A stretch of 64,000 nt of DNA from positions 1,798,001-1,862,000 of the forward strand of contig CDRNST010000331.1 in assembly GCA_977016875.1 (NCBI GenBank), written 5' to 3'. A program made the position numbers and the translations under genes. The notes beneath the pieces were generated by a model that saw only the letters and a program-made list of their open reading frames with translations, was not told the DNA's origin and searched no databases. Each line of letters opens with the position of its first letter. Position 1 is the stretch's first letter. This document shows positions 61,557 to 64,000 of this stretch, piece by piece. Source of the DNA: Pavona decussata. Taxonomy: Eukaryota.

Positions 61557-61660
61557 AAAAACAAACAAACAAACACTTTATTAAAAACAGAGGGTTACAA
61601 GTTAGGTATATACCTACCCGCAAATAGCTAAAGCTAGTCAAGGCGGGTAGGTATATTAAA
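61557..61660 (-). mobile_element. LINE-type 3' end: stem-loop, AATAAA and (TTTG)n tail
   Basis: Perfect 14-bp stem ATATACCTACCCGC / GCGGGTAGGTATAT, followed on the minus strand by AATAAA and TTTG repeats. Confidence 0.55.
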
Positions 61661-63058
61661 CTAAATGCAAATAAATTTTGGTGTTTACAACTGATTGACG
61701 TTATTAACAAAGTTTACAAAGCAACAGCAGCAACCTGAAAATAAAACTTGAATAAGTAGTAAACAAATAAGTGAATATACAGAACAAAAAGGATTCGCAA
61801 AGCTATATTGATAGAAATTACAGGATTGTTACAAATTTAGAAGCTTTTGATTATTTCAAGAATTCAGAGAAGGTGTAAGATAAGGGGTAAGCATTATTTT
61901 TATCAGTTGTATTTGCAGCCCGGGGAAACCGGAGGTGGAAGGCTACCAAAACACAAAACCACTAAGGTGCACAAAGGCGGCCGAGATACCGACCACCGCT
62001 TTATCAGCTAAAGAGGCCGCACACTTCACACGAGAAATTAAAATGATAAGCACCATTTGATAAGAAGTGCTTATGCTTAACTTCAACTTGGGAGGAAGCT
62101 GTGTGGGGGACATGCATGTGGCTCAGTTTAACAAACAATGAACGCTCAATAAAGTCAATAAAAAGGTAATTTTATTGTTATCCGTGGCATACAATTAGAA
62201 AGCAGCTTTCCTACAACTAGGACACCAACAATCGGCGTTATTTAGTTCATAGACACCCAGTGAGGCAAGGTATATAAACGAAGCCAATTTTTTTGTATTT
62301 CAGCCAGTCATTTTTCAAAGAGGTTCAAGAAAATGGAATGAATATCCAACACGAAAAAAACAAACAAACAAACAAACAACAACAAGAAGAACAAGAACAA
62401 GAAAACAATAAAGCAAACCTTACGCCATATCCCGTACGTGAGTTATCTACGACGTCATAAACTGAAAATTCGATCGCACCGGTTAAATCAAAGGTTGGAA
62501 TTTTAAAATTAACAGCTCGCTGCTTTTTCACGAAGCAAAAAGGTCACACCAGTTGCAGGGCATCCTCGAATTAAGAGATGGTTAAATTTCCTTACAACTG
62601 ATTTTCTGAAAGTCGGCCTTCCTTGGTTGTCTGTTTAATGCTTTTTATCAAAATGATTTGATTTCAGTTAGGCGGAAAAAACAACTGGTTTTAGCTTTGA
62701 CCCCCGAGCCTTTAAAAAGGAGATAACCATTTTTATTTTAAAAGCACATATTTAATCTCTCGAAAACACTGAAGTTAGATTTATTCAGGACTTTTTTTTT
62801 TCAAATTTCAAGTGTTCCAGGTTAACACTGTAAGGAAAGATAGAGATCTTAACTTTGTAATCCGATTAAGTTGTTTTGTGGGAGGGATTTAAAATTTCTT
62901 TGTGAATGCGAGTTTACCGCAACGGCAAATTGGCTCAAAACATTCATAATAACTGCACACTTCCTGTGATTACTGGTCTGTTTTAAATCAGATAAACAAA
63001 CTATTTACAGCTAAATTTTCAAAGGTCTCAGTTTAACGCATTTCTGAAGAATTTGTCC

Positions 63059-63203
63059 NNNNNNNNNNNNNNNNNNNNNNNNNNNNNNNNNNNNNNNNNN
63101 NNNNNNNNNNNNNNNNNNNNNNNNNNNNNNNNNNNNNNNNNNNNNNNNNNNNNNNNNNNNNNNNNNNNNNNNNNNNNNNNNNNNNNNNNNNNNNNNNNNN
63201 NNN
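63059..63203. other. Assembly gap
   Basis: Run of N. Confidence 1.
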
Positions 63204-64000
63204 CGATATGCAGTATACTTATGATGGCTGGTCACAAACCTTCTTCATAAATGGCGGCTGATAAATTTTCCTTTTATTTTTATGAAAATTAGCCTTACTA
63301 CCTCGGTAGTAATTGTAAATAATTTTCTAAAATGAGGTTGGTACGGCTTATTAACATATATCGAAATTTTTGGCGGGAATGTGCGGCTCGGTTTTCCAAA
63401 CACTGAGCCTATTTCAGACCAAAATATGCAATTTTTCAATATCCTTTTTCAGACGTGGCCTTTAAACTTCATACCCATTTTCAGACCAAAACCATACCCT
63501 TTGGTGTCGCACATACCCGCTTCATAGCTTATATTGGGGGAGATCTGGTTAGTATCCCCCTGGGCCCTCTACAGATCAAGAGCAGATTTGAGATAATAAA
63601 TTTGCCGTGCATTTTTAGTTCTTGTGATTTCAGCTAAACGCAATCTATCCACAGAAACTGAATTAAAAAGATTTTTGTTTCGGTAGAAATGTAGAATAAA
63701 GCGAGCAGAAATTTGCCAAGTCGGATAAGCCTGCTTTACGCCGGTGCTCCGGCACGCCGTTGACACTTGGGTATGTTGGGCGAAGCATTGCTTTGTAATA
63801 TCACAGCTAGCAATCTGATTAAAGTGCACCAGTCGAGACGCCAACCACCATTTAAGGAAATCACCACCCCATTCTTTGGAGTCGCAAATTTGGATGGTTT
63901 TTATTCCGACTCTTTCCGTCAGCCCATATACCGAGTGTTTCTCTTCCTGTGTTGATGGCTCCATCAGTGAGGTGTCCAAGCCGTTATAACACGTACAACA

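Noticed and set aside
63569-63979. 136-aa minus-strand ORF at the window end
   Set aside because: Non-ATG start and no recognisable domain. It cannot be supported without the adjacent sequence.

Overview
AT-rich, intron-rich eukaryotic DNA, most likely a stony coral (inferred from the MITE, SINE, LINE and Penelope repeats and the animal gene set; not confirmed by a search). I rebuilt five protein-coding genes by hand from GT-AG junctions and frame continuity. (1) The 3' 14 exons of a PELP1/Rix1 orthologue (+, 946-8910). (2) A compact 5-exon RNF168-like RING E3 ligase (-, 10784-14669). (3) An intronless 130-aa Glu/Lys-rich orphan with a bipartite NLS behind three E2F-type sites (+, 17193-17585). 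(4) A 7-exon GPC3/5 (Dally-type) glypican (+, 19275-31227). (5) A 6-exon GPC1/2/4/6 (Dally-like-type) glypican (-, 39389-49439), lying tail-to-tail with (4). Between RNF168 and the orphan, a 5'-truncated Penelope-like element carrying a minimal hammerhead ribozyme motif has inserted into a minisatellite, and a 90-bp palindrome sits inside it. A second hammerhead motif (~61.0 kb) and several decayed ones occur elsewhere. The remainder is MITEs, tRNA-derived SINEs, LINE tails, microsatellites and three assembly gaps. The top leads are the linked two-subfamily glypican pair, the E2F-driven prothymosin/Df31-like orphan facing RNF168, and the hammerhead motifs.
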